From: Octopus bimaculoides
Taxonomy: Eukaryota
NCBI RefSeq assembly: GCF_001194135.2
Contig: NC_068989.1
Span: 37,940,954-38,004,953, forward strand
DNA: 64,000 nucleotides
Reading direction: 5' to 3'
Shown here: positions 39,247-53,138 of the stretch, in pieces
Layout of the letters: every line of letters starts with the position of its first letter
How positions within the stretch are numbered: the stretch's first letter is position 1
Notes under the pieces: model-generated
Seen by the model: the letters and a program-made list of their open reading frames with translations, nothing else
Database searches by the model: none
Told to the model about the DNA's origin: nothing
Translations under genes and position numbers: made by a program

Positions 39247-40535
39247 TATCAGGCTAAGTAAAAAGTAAGCAATGTTTTTAAATATAAAATTCATTGCAAT
39301 ATATTTCAACAATGCGGAAATTTTATTCATCGAAGTAAGTACCATTACAATCAACACATTTTTGCCAACGAGTTACAAGTTTGTTTATTCCAGTAGCATA
39401 AAAATCTGGTGTTCTGGAGCTGATGAACTCTTTGAACATACTTTCAGCATCGGTTTGATTTTTGAACTCCTTCTCTCGCAGGAAACCATCAAGGTGCTTG
39501 AAAAAGTGGTAATCAGTCAGAGAAAAGTCTGAGGAATAAGCTGGGTAGGGAAGAACTTCATAGCCAAGTTCCCTCAACTTTTGGAGCATCATTAGTGAAA
39601 CGTGTGATTGAGCATTGTCATGAAGAATGATTGACCCTCTTCTGTTGACCAGTCAGGGATGGAGGAGTAGCAGGTTTACATTCATTTTGGCAAATTTGAT
39701 GATTATATGTTTCTGCAGTAATGGTTTTTCTGGGTTTTAAGAAGTTATAGTGGATGAGTCCAGCAGTACACCACCAAAGAATCCCCATAACCTTCTTTTT
39801 TGAAGAGCTTGGGTTTAGGGAAGGTTTTCAGTGCTTCATTTTGGTCCAACCACTGTGAAGAACGTTTTTCTATTATTGTATAGAATCCACTTTTCATCAC
39901 AAGTTACAATATAGTTGAGAAACGGATCAGTCTGGTTACGGAGAAGAAGCAACAAGCAAATTTCATATCTGTGCCTTTTCTGATTTTCATTCAAATTGTG
40001 TAGTACCCATTTGTCAAGCTTTTTTGATTTTCTGATCGCATGCAAATGATTGCAGGCAGTTTTCTGGTTAATTTGATATTCTTTTGCCAGTTCTCAAGTA
40101 GTTTTACATGGATCTCTCTCAATGACTGTCTTTAATTGATTGTCATCGATGACAGATGGGTGTCCACTATGCTCATGATCTTCAAGGCTCAAGTCTCCTC
40201 TACAAAATTGTTTAAACCGTTTTCGAGCTGAACACTCCCTGTTCATTTCCTCACCAAACGTTTCTTTGATATTGCGAGCAGTTTCAGTTGCTCTACATCC
40301 TTTTTTTAAGTTGAATAGCAAAATTGCTCAAATATCGTGCTTTGACAGTTCCATTTCAGGTGATTGTAACAATGGTGAAAAAATATCAATGTTAATTTAT
40401 TGATGCATTTGGGCAAGTCTATGTCTGTATTATCAGACAATTTTAAAAAATGTTTAAAAAATTCAAAACTCTGCAAAAATCCAGTACAAATTTTTCATGG
40501 TTCAAAACATTACTTACTTTTTACTCAACCTGATA
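39247..40535 (-). mobile_element. Full-length (1289 bp) decayed mariner DD34D element with both TIRs and TA TSDs
   Basis: TA|tatcaggctaagtaaaaagtaagcaatgtttt ... aaaacattacttactttttactcaacctgata|TA. Transposase pieces: KGCRATETARNIKETFG, KKLDKWVLHNL, IVTCDEKWILYNN, ILHDNAQSH, PYPAYSSDFSLTDYHFF. Confidence 0.95.
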
Positions 40536-41332
40536 TATTGTGTAGTCACAATATATAGATATTGTAACCAAACATATGTAGTTTGTCAACATAAAATATA
40601 ACCATAGTAAATGGAAATAGAACTGATTTCTTAGAATCAAAATTCAGTAAATAAAGTTTGTCTCTCTTCATGGCATAAAGATTATTCTAATTTGCAAACA
40701 CTAATGACAATAAATTATATTAAATTGAACTGAATTAAATGCATGTGTGTAAATATGTATGTGTGCATATGTATGTTTGTGTGCATATACGTGTATCTGT
40801 GTGTGCATATGTACCTGTATGTATGTGTGTCTTAACAACAGTAAATAAATATTCTGGTACCATTATTTCTTCCAATCTCAGGATTAACTGTAATTTCCTC
40901 TCCTTTCTACACTATCAACTCAACAAACGACCCCTGGTGACTTCCTTGACAAGTGTTCTATGATTGACATGGGATTCTCATGGGAGAATACAAAGATGGT
41001 TTCCTGTTACTTCTTTGGATATTTTTACGAGACACCAAGCTTGCTGGCTAGATACAGACAAGGCTGTCACAACTGCCTGAGCACACAGAATGTAAAGAGC
41101 TGGAACAAATATGCAAAGCATTTTGTTTAATGCATTAATAACTCCGCCAGTCTCCTACCCTGCACTGGTGCTTCATTTTATCAGCCACTGAGGGATGAAA
41201 GGCAAAGTTGGTCTTGGTGGGATTTCAATTCAGAATGTAAAGAGCCATGATAAATCTTGAAAGCTATTTTGTCTAATGCTCTACTGATTCTGCAAAGTTC
41301 ACTACAATCACTTGCCGATTCATAACGTTCTT

Positions 41333-41409
41333 CTGCCAATTCACCACGCGCACCTGCCAATTCACCACACTCATCTGCCAATTCACCACACTCATCTGCC
41401 AATTCACCA
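41333..41409. repeat. 21-bp minisatellite (ctgccaattcaccacactcat) x3.7 at the head of a minus-strand SINE (~41085-41330)
   Basis: Units are directly visible; the unit resembles the SINE head ggtggcgagctggcag. Confidence 0.85.
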
Positions 41410-41582
41410 TTCATTTCATTCTTCTGCCAATCGGCTGCCTTAATATAATTATTAAGTGCAATAATCACATTTTGCTGTTGAACATTCTTTCTCATTCTAA
41501 AATTAATATTTTTTTGCCTATTTATTTACTATAAATGTATTTTTTGTAATTCTTTTTTGCCTATTTATTTACTATAAATGTA

Positions 41583-42378
41583 TCACAAAAGCTAAGGCAT
41601 GCTATTGAAACACAAACTTTTTGGTGGAGTGGGGGATTCTTTCTCTCTCATGCAAAATATTACTAGTTTACCTTTCATATGACAACACAAGAAACATGCT
41701 AAAAATGACAAAATGTCTCATATTACCCCCTCTTCATATGTTATTAAAGAGGTTACTTAGTCCTTGATACCTTCTTAGCATTTGAAAGGGCAAATTTTCC
41801 CTAAACAAAGTGCACTATCATTAAGTAATAGATCAATGGAGACTCTTTGTTTTCACATATTAGCATCTGTCAGCAATACAGCCCCTAGCTATCAGTCTAA
41901 TACTTTATACACCCACCTATTTTAACTATACTAACTAAAAAGTATAAAAGTGGCAAATTGTCAAAATTATGAGAGTGTTGTATAGAATACCTTGTAGTAT
42001 TTGTTCTAACACTGCATTCTGACTTCAAATCCCACCAAGGCTTATTTTATCTTCCATACTTTTGGAACTGATAAAAAAGTTTTAAAACATCAAATTTGGG
42101 TGGTGGATTGACAGAACTGTTAGAGGGTCAGGCAAGATGCCTTTGAATATTTGAACTGACTCTCTGTGTACTGACTGCAATAACTCTGTAACATTGTACC
42201 AAGTCATACAGGTGCAAGTCACAAAGGCTAAGGCATGCTATTGAAGCACAAGCTCTGGTGGCGTGGGGGCTTCTTTCTCTCTCATGCAAAATATTTATTT
42301 ACTATAGATGTATCACAAGAAACCTGCTAAAAATGATAAAATGTCCCATATTACCCCCTTTTTAAATGTTATTAAAGA
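41583..42378. repeat. Dispersed direct repeat ~165 bp (41583-41750 and 42219-42378)
   Basis: Both copies read tcacaaa(a/g)gctaaggcatgctattgaa...ctttctctctcatgcaaaatatt...ctaaaaatga(c/t)aaaatgtc(t/c)catattacccc...gttattaaaga. Confidence 0.85.
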
Positions 42379-43949
42379 ATACTGGTGGCCATCCAGAGGG
42401 GAAACTTGCATGCATGGACAATTGTCAGTCTTTTGCAAATTATCTTTTGAAGGAAGTGCCTCAACATATAATGATCCAATTATTGAAACCAACATGTATG
42501 TATGTATGTATGTGTGTGTGTGTGTGTGTGTACATCCAGATGTTTTCATATGTATTGATCTGCCCTTGCATATGCAGATGAATGGTCAATGAAGGCCTCT
42601 AAGATGTAAAGAAGCAAAAGAATAACATGACTTTCAAATGATTGAGGAATTTCTTGTACAGAAAATTGTTAAAAGTTTCCAACTAAAGATTTCATGTATA
42701 GACATGGAAATGAATAGGGAAGAGTAATAAGCTGTGATGTTCAAGCCTTTCTTATGTTTAACAATGAAAGTGAGGTGAAACACTTCAACAGTGTTGCCAA
42801 TTTTCAATTTAATGTTAGTTGGCAAATTCCAATGTGAACAAAAGTTTTTCGTTTCAATCTCAGTTTTCAAGAAGAAAGAGAGAGGTTAATATGTATACAT
42901 GCATGTAAGTATGTATCTATATGTCTGTATGCAGGCATGCATGTATGCATACAAGCATGTATATATATATATATGTATGCATGTACGTATGTACGTACAT
43001 ATGTTTGTATGTGTGTGCTTGTGTGTATGTATGCCTATATGTATTTGTGTGTGTATATGTATCAAGTATAAATGCATTTATTTTTACAGCCATGTTTTTT
43101 ACTTTGCTTCTGGGAATGGAATGATTTTTACACATTTGTACATTTGCATATTCTAGTCACAGCTCATCAATTCCCATTGTTTAATGACTCATCTATTCTT
43201 TATACAAACAATGACAAAGAAAGTTATGTGCCTCATTCAACAGTGCAACATAATATCAGGCATGGTAACATATGAAGACATAAACACTTGGTTAATAGTT
43301 CAGCAATTTAAATGCGCAGCCATCATGTATCCCTCATTCTGTAAGTGTGAGTCTCTGTATGAGTGTGTGTGTGTGTATATATGTATATATATATAGAATA
43401 TAAAGAAAGTCGGGAAGTATGAGATGAATATATTTATTTCATCAGTTGATATCTATAGGATAAATATATTCATCTAATACCTCCTAACTTTCTTTATATT
43501 CTACATACTTCTCAGGAAATAGTCACCATTGATTGGATTTACTGCATAGGACTCTATACATTACACTGCTATGTATTGGTTTACTATGTGATTTGTAGCA
43601 TAATCCACTGAAGGATTACCATCAGATGAAATAAATCCATGTATTGTGCATTATATATATATCTCTTTGATAAAAGTTTAACTCAGGTCCATGCAACTTA
43701 GTCTCATAAGCTCATAGAATTAACCTCAGGAAGAGTAAAGGGATATGAGACAAATTCAACATGATTTCCAGATGTTAGACCTCTATTGACCAATTCAGGT
43801 CACGTGGTGCTATTAGTCTGAAAATGACATGAATTATTTTCCTTATTCTTAGGCTCACACACACACACACACACACACACACAGATATATCAACAAGTGG
43901 GCAAATGAAATAAAGAGGCACTTGATACATTTGGCAGGAGCTACATATA

Positions 43950-44150
43950 CTGGCTTCAAATTTTGGCTCAAGGTCAGCAATACTGGGGAAGGGGCTAAGT
44001 TGATTACATTGACTGGTACTTATTTTATCAATCCTAAAAGGACAAGATGCAAAATTGACCTTAGTAAAATTTGAATGTAAAATGCGAAGATAGATGAAAT
44101 GCCACTAAGCATTTCACCCAGCATGCTAACAATTCTGCCAGCTCGCCACA
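43950..44150 (-). mobile_element. tRNA-derived SINE
   Basis: Minus strand: gtggcgagctggcagaattgttagcatgctgggtgaaatgcttagtggcatttcatc. Confidence 0.8.
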
Positions 44151-44706
44151 TTCCAGAAATTACATATATTATTATTTAAAAGCAGTTGGATTTGGCCCCA
44201 TGTGACTTAAAGTTTTATAGCTTCACTACAGAAACCTAGCAATGTCATGTTACATGTAAAAAGAATTTCATATTAAACTCAAGAATTGCTCAATACTTTT
44301 TAGCAGAGTACATAGAGTTCAGCCTTATGAAGGTGAGCAAGCCAAATTCTGAAGTCACTATCACCCTTTTCCTTTTATGCAAGGATTTTCGGTCTCATCA
44401 TAATATTTATATTTATGTATACATCACTGTATATATTCAAAAGCCCTCTCTAACACACAACTAGTAACTGTTATAGTTTGAGATGAAATCTGAACGCTCA
44501 TTCATGTATTTGAATAATATCACATTATATTATATGTACCTGAACAATCTTAATTCAGTTTTCATCACAACTGTCCAATGAATAGGAATACAAAACTCTG
44601 AGTAACAGTTCTATGATAATTTTGCAGCTTTAATAAAAAGATTATATATATATAAGGAAAATGAGACAAAGTAGAAAATGTTAGAATAATTTTATCATGA
44701 AGTACA

Positions 44707-45697
44707 TTTTAGTACCGGTTTCCATCTTTTAGACTTTTTTAACTAAGAGAAAAATAAGTAAACAATTAAATTGAAGAAAAATTTAAATGAAATATTTTGT
44801 CGATATTTCCATAGTCTTTAAATAGGTAAATATATCCATAGTTTTCAGATAGTCTATCTGTCTCTCTCTCTCTCTCTATTCTTTTGTGAATGCTTTATAG
44901 GTGGGTAGTAGTAAATCTGAAGGAATAGTTTGGGTACAGAGAATTGATGGTTTAAGCAGGAGCAGCTGAAGGAGGAGAAGGAAAAGAAGAAAAAAAAGAG
45001 GGGGAGGAGGAGGAGAAGACGAAGGAGTAAGAGAAGTAGGAGTAGTGGAAGAAGAGGGAGAAGGATAAAGAAAAGAAAAGAAAAATACAAGAATGCTGTG
45101 ACACAATCTTCTTTAATGGTCAAATGACCTAAACATGACCTCTATAAATTCAGGAACAAAGCAACCTATAATCATCAAATTAGCAAAGAAGAATATTTTA
45201 TGGGAAAATATAAACCTATTTTGAATGCCACCACCACCACCATAGATGAAACTACTACAAGAATTTAGAACAATTCCAGCCACTTCTGCTATGACCGAAA
45301 CAGGTCACTTTAAGGTCATTTGACAATTAAAGAAGATTCCATGAACAATTTACTGTGTCAAAGCACTCCTATATTTTTCTTTTCTTTTCTTTCTCCTCCT
45401 TCTTCTTTTTCTTCTACTTCTTCTTCTTCTTCTCCCTCAGCTGCTCCTGCTTAAACCATCAATTCTCTGTATCCAAACCATTTCTTCAGATTTACTACTA
45501 CCTACCTACAAGGCATTCACAAAGGAATAGAGACAGATTAGACTATCTGAAGACTACGGATATATTTACCTATTTAAAGACTATGGAAATATCTACAAAA
45601 CATTTCACTTAATTTTTCTCCAATTTCTCCAATTTAATTGTTTTTCTTATTTCACTTTTAGTTGAAAAAGTCTAAAAGACAGAAACCGGTACTAAAA
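44707..45697. mobile_element. ~990-bp foldback element with ~400-bp inverted arms
   Basis: 44707-45141 is the reverse complement of 45301-45697. Termini are ttttagtaccggtttc ... gaaaccggtactaaaa, with a ~160-bp spacer. Confidence 0.9.
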
Positions 45698-45790
45698 TTA
45701 TTTTAGCATTCTCTATCTTGTCTTATTTTCCATATACATATCAACTCATGTGTTACTTTTCTACCTTCTGCATATATATATATATATATA

Positions 45791-47052
45791 TATATAAATG
45801 AGAATGTGTGTCTGTCTGTCTGTCTGTGTGAATCCCTAAAACTCGAGAACTACGCAACCAATTTCATTCAAATTTTACACATGCCTTACTTAGGGTTCNN
45901 NNNNNNNNNNNNNNNNNNNNNNNNNNNNNNNNNNNNNNNNNNNNNNNNNNNNNNNNNNNNNNNNNNNNNNNNNNNNNNNNNNNNNNNNNNNNNNNNNNNN
46001 NNNNNNNNNNNNNNNNNNNNNNNNNNNNNNNNNNNNNNNNNNNNNNNNNNNNNNNNNNNNNNNNNNNNNNNNNNNNNNNNNNNNNNNNNNNNNNNNNNNN
46101 NNNNNNNNNNNNNNNNNNNNNNNNNNNNNNNNNNNNNNNNNNNNNNNNNNNNNNNNNNNNNNNNNNNNNNNNNNNNNNNNNNNNNNNNNNNNNNNNNNNN
46201 NNNNNNNNNNNNNNNNNNNNNNNNNNNNNNNNNNNNNNNNNNNNNNNNNNNNNNNNNNNNNNNNNNNNNNNNNNNNNNNNNNNNNNNNNNNNNNNNNNNN
46301 NNNNNNNNNNNNNNNNNNNNNNNNNNNNNNNNNNNNNNNNNNNNNNNNNNNNNNNNNNNNNNNNNNNNNNNNNNNNNNNNNNNNNNNNNNNNNNNNNNNN
46401 NNNNNNNNNNNNNNNNNNNNNNNNNNNNNNNNNNNNNNNNNNNNNNNNNNNNNNNNNNNNNNNNNNNNNNNNNNNNNNNNNNNNNNNNNNNNNNNNNNNN
46501 NNNNNNNNNNNNNNNNNNNNNNNNNNNNNNNNNNNNNNNNNNNNNNNNNNNNNNNNNNNNNNNNNNNNNNNNNNNNNNNNNNNNNNNNNNNNNNNNNNNN
46601 NNNNNNNNNNNNNNNNNNNNNNNNNNNNNNNNNNNNNNNNNNNNNNNNNNNNNNNNNNNNNNNNNNNNNNNNNNNNNNNNNNNNNNNNNNNTACATTATG
46701 ATTTCTGCAATGTGGTTCATAAATTGTCAAGTAAATGAGACGCATCTTTGCCTCCACTGATTCACTTGCAAAGTGTTGAGTAAAATTATTTCGTTGCAGA
46801 CCTCCTTTGGGTCTTTTTATTATTACTACGACACACATAGTCCCCAGTTGGTAACATTGATTTCAAGGCCCTCCAAGATGAGAGACTGGCATTCCACTTA
46901 ATGTCTATGTTCCATGCTGGCATGGATTGGAGAGTTATTAATGTAGAAATATGGTATCGTAGCTACTAACAGTTGAGGGTTGCGTAGTCTAGACGGCGTT
47001 TTTAGATTTCATTATTCTCTTTAACCCGGGCAAAGCCGGGTATTTCTGCTAG
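45791..47052 (+). mobile_element. Non-autonomous Helitron (interior partly an N-gap)
   Basis: 3' hairpin cccgggcaaagccggg (47025-47040), 8 nt, then CTAG|T (47049-47052). The 5' part (tatataaatgagaatgtgtgtctgtctg...aaactcgagaactacgcaacc) resembles Helitron 5' ends. Confidence 0.78.
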
Positions 47053-50000
47053 TATATATATATATATATATGCATGTATGTTAACATACAAACGCACACA
47101 CACCTGCTAGTTTCAGTCATATGCTAGGGCACTGTCTTCAAAAAGTATCTTGTCTGTTTGTTTTTTTTCCATAACCTTATAAGGGGAGATATTCTGGTCA
47201 TAAAGGGATGAACAGGATAATACAAGATGCTTTTGTTTGATATACTGATTATTTGATCTAATATGTGATCCACCACCACCACATGTGACTGCAACTTGTT
47301 TATGTAGTGTAATCAGTTGTGCTCTACACTAATTATTGATAGCTGGAAATTTTTGAGTCACAGTTAGTAGACCTTCCATGGTAGCAGTGTGGGGTGTGTC
47401 ACACATTTTCAATAATGAAATACTGTTGCTTCTGTAGCTTCAAGCACACAGAAGGTGTAGTATATATGGGAGTAGATGTGATTTTTTGAACCCTTATATG
47501 GATGTTTCACCTACCGAAGTGCCATATGTTGATGTCATTGTCTTCATTGATCACCAGTAGATAACTTTAGGCAATATATCAAGCAAAAGCACCATGTATT
47601 ATCCTTTAGGCAATACCCTCTTTTGTTGTCTTCTTTATTTTTTTGTCTCTTTTTGTTATCTATTTATTTTTTGGCAGTTGCTAGGTTACATCGAATTTTT
47701 AAACAAACTATTCAGCTCCCCACCACATACACACTTATATACACATGCACACAAACACAAACACGCACACCCATACACACACACACACATGCACAAGAAC
47801 ACACACACGTACATGACTATCTGAATTCAACAGTGTCTGTCTTCTAGATTTCCCTTTGAATATTCTGGTCAACTTGATTCTTTGGTAGAAGATGCTAACC
47901 CAAAGTGAAACACAAAGGAATCAGGCTTGAAGCAGCTGTAATAGAAGATAAATTGTTTTTAAAAAACACATCCATTACTGCCATGTGTGTGTGTGTGTGT
48001 AAATGTGAAGAATTTTTGTGCAAATTTCACTGTATGAGTTTTGCAAGTGTTGTATCAAATGGCACCTTAATGTAAAATAAGGTAGGATCATTGTGACATT
48101 GTGTGATGATGGTGAACCTTTGAATCACATGTACGCACCATGTGGTGGATTTTCACATAGTTTCCATTTGCCATTTCCATCTTTTACTGCTGTTTCAAGT
48201 CTGATTCCAAATGTTAGAGGACATGCTCAGTAAGACAAGGCACAAGAACTTATCATAGCAAAGCAAATTTCTTAATTACTTATTCAAGAGGCCCATGCAA
48301 TAAGATTTACATGCATGCATACATACATACATACATGTATGCATTACATACATACATGCATTACATTACCTAAGTACCAATCTTGAGAAATTATGCTTCT
48401 CAAAGCTAGAAAGGAGAAAGCTTATTTGAAGACTACAGACCCAAGCCATCACTGGAACTGTAAAAATCTGTAAAACTTTCCAGAGGTTTATCATTTAAGT
48501 GTATATGCACATGTCTAGAAATGCAACTATATGCATGAGAATACATACATAAAATCAAACATATGCACTGACTCCATATACTGCACATATACACATACAC
48601 CAAAAAATATCTCATTGATGTTATTGAAATTTCTACGAAGAAGTCCTGAATCTAGGTTAGAAATCAATCTTTTCTCTGTTGGCAAGAAATCTTGAAATAA
48701 AACTGAATAATAACATACATACATACACTTATTCATACACGTATTCTTGCATATACACATAGTGTGTGTATATATAGTGTCAGGTGATATGAGTGATTTT
48801 AGCAACAGGGAATACAGTACATTCTGTTACATGGTTGGGTTGAAAAAAAACCCACCTAAGAATGATACTAGTAAAGCAGAAGCAAAATTGTTAAAAATCT
48901 TAAGACTGCTGTCCCTCTGTTAGATGTAGTTTAAGTCAGTTAATTACTTCGCTGGTCAATCAGTTGGGTCTGATTGGTTGGTTAGTTAGTCAGTCAGGAC
49001 TGTTTGGGGCTAGGCAGTTGATCAGTCTATCTATCTGTCCATTGGATAAAAAAATACTTGAGTAAAGAAATAGCTGACAGTTGTTATGTTCAAATTAGCC
49101 CTTTTTTAATTGTAAATTAAACATAGTGGGTTGTGTAAATTGGATAAATTTTTATTGTAACATAATTAGAAGCATTGTCAGATTGGAAATGTTGCAATTA
49201 ATATTTTTAATATTTCAGTTTCAGGAAACCATTTGAAGGCAGAAAAACTATAGAAAAAATGGCTATAAAATAAAAATTAGAATATTTTTTCCACCCAAAT
49301 AAAGAATTGTCACTGATGGAATCACTTATTAGATATAAGCTGCTCTGCTAAAATTAGGAATGATCGTTAGCTAGCTCAGATCAGTTGGTAGCTTGGTTTA
49401 AAATTGCATCTATCAGGGTCAAAATATACATATATGGATCATTTCACACAAACATAGAATGAATTGAACTGGTAGGAACTTAGAACTTCGTCACTTTAGG
49501 CTACATTGAAAAGTAACTACATAAATTGTCCCATGTACAATTCAAACAGTCCCCTTGATAATACTGTAATTTTTGTTTTTTAGGTATTTAATTCAAAATC
49601 TTCAATGACACAGTATATTGACTAGGTAATGTGCAGTATTACCTAACTTTAAAGAGGTTATGTACAGTAGTAGAGGTAACTTCAGTGAGTAATAGATCGA
49701 TAGTCTCACATACTAAGTAAAATTCTTCATTCAAGGACAGTAATTGCTTGTTCTACGATGTTGAGATTTAATCAAATGTAAGAAGTTTAACAAAGTTTAA
49801 GACAAGGTATTGATAGCTCTTAAAGAAATCATCATGCAGTAATTTGACATATCATAGATTTGAACTCCTGTAGATGAGTATTCTCACAAAATAGGACAAT
49901 GTTACATGATATTTATTAGTAATTAAATTTGCTAAATGAGAAGTATAATTGCTTTTGTGTGGGAGTTACAGCATTGTATGGGTAGCAATATGTCAGTGTC

Positions 50001-51273
50001 CTTACATTACTACCAGCAGGAAATTCTAGTATGAATAATTGTGGAAGTGAATTATTTAATATCTTACGCAGAAAGTAAGGCATATCTGTTTAAGAAAGAA
50101 TGAGATTCTTTCACATCTTCCATCTTTATGACTTGAATTTGTTGGCATTTTCTAATATTTGAATTTATAGATTATTTGTTATTTTATCAACTGTTGATTG
50201 CTTATTGTTATTATATGGTTTCTATCTGAGTATTATTGAAAGTATTTCTAACTTTATATTGTAATCATATAAGATTATGCTAACATGGTAGCTCATGCAT
50301 GGTGTTAGGAGGTTAACATATGTCAACATGTTAATGAAGGACACCAGCATTAATCCGCTATAATCTAGCATGCAGGATTAGCATGTAGGGAGTGGTGTGA
50401 TCTTAACTACCCAAGTTATTCCCTTCTCCATTCTGAGATTACCTGTTCATAGCAATAGAAACCACTAAGATCGGTAAGCTCAAAGTGCTTGATCTGAAAG
50501 ACAATGTTTTATTAAAAACAAATTCAACAAAATACATTTTGTTTTGTCCCAAGTCAGTTTCACTTATTCAATTCAAGTTGTGGCCAACAAAGTAACTTGG
50601 CTCTTGAGATGACCCCCCTCTTTTCCTCATACCCCAATCCAGCATGCCAGAGCACACCTGATCAGTACTAGTGTAGTTAGTGTCATGCTTTACCAAGTCC
50701 ACATGTATTATACCCCAATCAAAATATAAGGCATCAATATGCATAAGAGCCCATGTTAAGAAATATCTTATCTGATTGCAATATGAAATTAGAATTACTT
50801 ATGTGCAATAACATTGATAGAGAGAAGACAGAAAACATCTAGCAGTAATACCAACTAACTGTTGATAAAATAGATTGCAGTCTACAATTTTCAGTCCTTG
50901 GCATTCAGATTACTCTGTCAAATATAATGCTAATTTATTAACATAGTTTTGAATTAAACATGTATTATCTCAGAACTTTGAAATTTTGATGAAGTTATTT
51001 ATAATAACATTGTATGGTAGGTATGAGTTGCAGGATCAGGCTAGTTTGGACACAGAATATTTGAGCTGGATATGGTTGATTTAAATGCTAAAGGGTTAAA
51101 TATTCATAATATTTATAATATCTAAATTCATAATATTTATAATATCTAAATTCATCCTATATTCATGAAGTCCTATTAAATGCCTTTCTATTTAATTCTC
51201 TTGGACATGGAAACTTTTTACTATGACTGTACATCAAATTAGTTAGAAAATCTCTCATTCACAATACTGTATT

Positions 51274-51335
<62 letters not shown>

Positions 51336-52079
51336 CAAAAAAATGGGGAAAAAAAGAAGCAGAAAACTTGAAGTCATAAACAGATGGAAGATTGTGAAAG
51401 CAAACCTTATAAATTTTGATTCTCCACCTAACAATAGATAAGCAACTGGAAGAGAATGTTGACTCAACTTTTTTTAGATAACAATCTATGTGCATAAATA
51501 CAGAAACACCAAGGAAATAACAATTCTTAAGTATCAGATCAATAAAACTTCAAGAAAGCAAACATTTATGATTCAACATCTGCAACACTTAGACTTGCTT
51601 CACAGATTATTTTTTTTTTTAAATACTGAAGTGGTGATGGCTTCTGACATCACAGTTCCAGGTAAATGGAGTCAATGGTTGATGAGATCAAATATGTTGG
51701 AAAGTTGACTGTTTTAAAAGGAGAAGATAACTTTCACTTGAATGAACACAGATTTGTTGTTATAAAAAAAGATTTGTTGGGACATCTGTGCTTTGTGTAT
51801 ACACGTGTGCATGTGTATGTGTGAGAGAGAGCAAAACAAACATAGGACTTGTCAACAGTTTCAAAAGAAATGAATAATTTCTTTTTGATATAATGGTGTG
51901 TACAGCTGACCAAAAAGTTGATAGAACAAAACTGGGGTCCAGAGATCTAATCTCTGTTTACCCTACACATAAATGAATATATAAGAAGAGTCTCTTGAGA
52001 CTTCAAACAGAAGATTAGATTGAACACATTTATGATGTTGTGCCATAAAATACACACAAAAAATACTTATATATATATA

Positions 52080-52455
52080 TTGCACAGGCATGGCTGTGTG
52101 ATTAAGAAGTTCACTTTGCAACCACATAATTTCAGGTTCAGTCCCAATGTACAGTGCTTTTGACCAGTGTCTTCTCCTATATAGTCAGGCTCACCAATGA
52201 TTTTGAGTGAATTTAGCAGATGGAAGCTGTGTTCAAGCTGTTTATATCCATCCATATGTATGTATGTATGCATGTATGTATGTATCTGTGTGTGTGTATG
52301 TGTGTCGTCTTTATGTTAGTGTTTGTTTGTTTACATCCCCATAACTTAGTGTTTAGACAAAAGAGATTGATAGGAGCAGCACCAGGATATTAAAAAATTG
52401 TTACTGGAAATGATGTTTGACTAAATCCCACTATAAAGACTAAAACAAGTAAAAG
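52080..52455 (+). mobile_element. Older tRNA-derived SINE, same family as 27000-27360
   Basis: gcacaggcatggctgtgtgattaagaag...ggttcagtccc..., internal microsatellite, gtttacatccccataacttag. Confidence 0.75.
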
Positions 52456-53138
52456 ATAGAAAAAAGACCTATAAGTAAGCAAATAAATATATATATATGT
52501 GTGTGTGTTTTGTATATGTATGTGTGTAAGTATATAAATCAATACACCCCCTCACATGCACACATATTTAGCCATAACAATCTTTATCTCGGATTCCATA
52601 TGCTAGTTTCACTCACAAAGCATCTGTCAGTCTGAGGCTATAGTAGAAGATATTAGCCCAAGGTACTATACAATAAGACTGAGCCTGAAGCTACATGGCT
52701 GAGGAGTAAACTTTGTAATCCCACAGCCATGCCTGTACCTCCCCACTTATCATTAGTAGCACTTTAATTCCATCCCAGATACTCTGTAAAGCATTTGGTG
52801 AGCGAGCAAAAATTTGGAATAGAGAGAACTCTATAACCTTCTTAAATCCATGACAACCACTCTAGTGCTAGTGTAAAGGAAAAAATTCATCCTGTACAGT
52901 CTTCAAATGTGATTGGTGTTAGGAAGGGTATCCTGTCGTAGAAACCAAACCAAAAATAAAACATGTGAGCCAAATATTATCTTTTGATTTCTTTAGGTGA
53001 GCATTGCTTCCAAATAATTACTGACTCTGTCTAAGGCAATCCATCCAACCCTTGCCAGTATTAGAAGCAGATGTAAAACACCATAATGATGATTTTATAT
53101 ATATATATATATATATATATNNNNNNNNNNNNNNNNNN

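Noticed and set aside
47150-47600. Possible very old RTE RT C-terminus on the minus strand
   Set aside because: Only vague motif resemblance with many stops; not supportable by eye.
48149-48235. Minus-strand frame CPLTFGIRLETAVKDGNGKWKLCENPPH
   Set aside because: It would need a weak GAG acceptor, and no homology is recognised.
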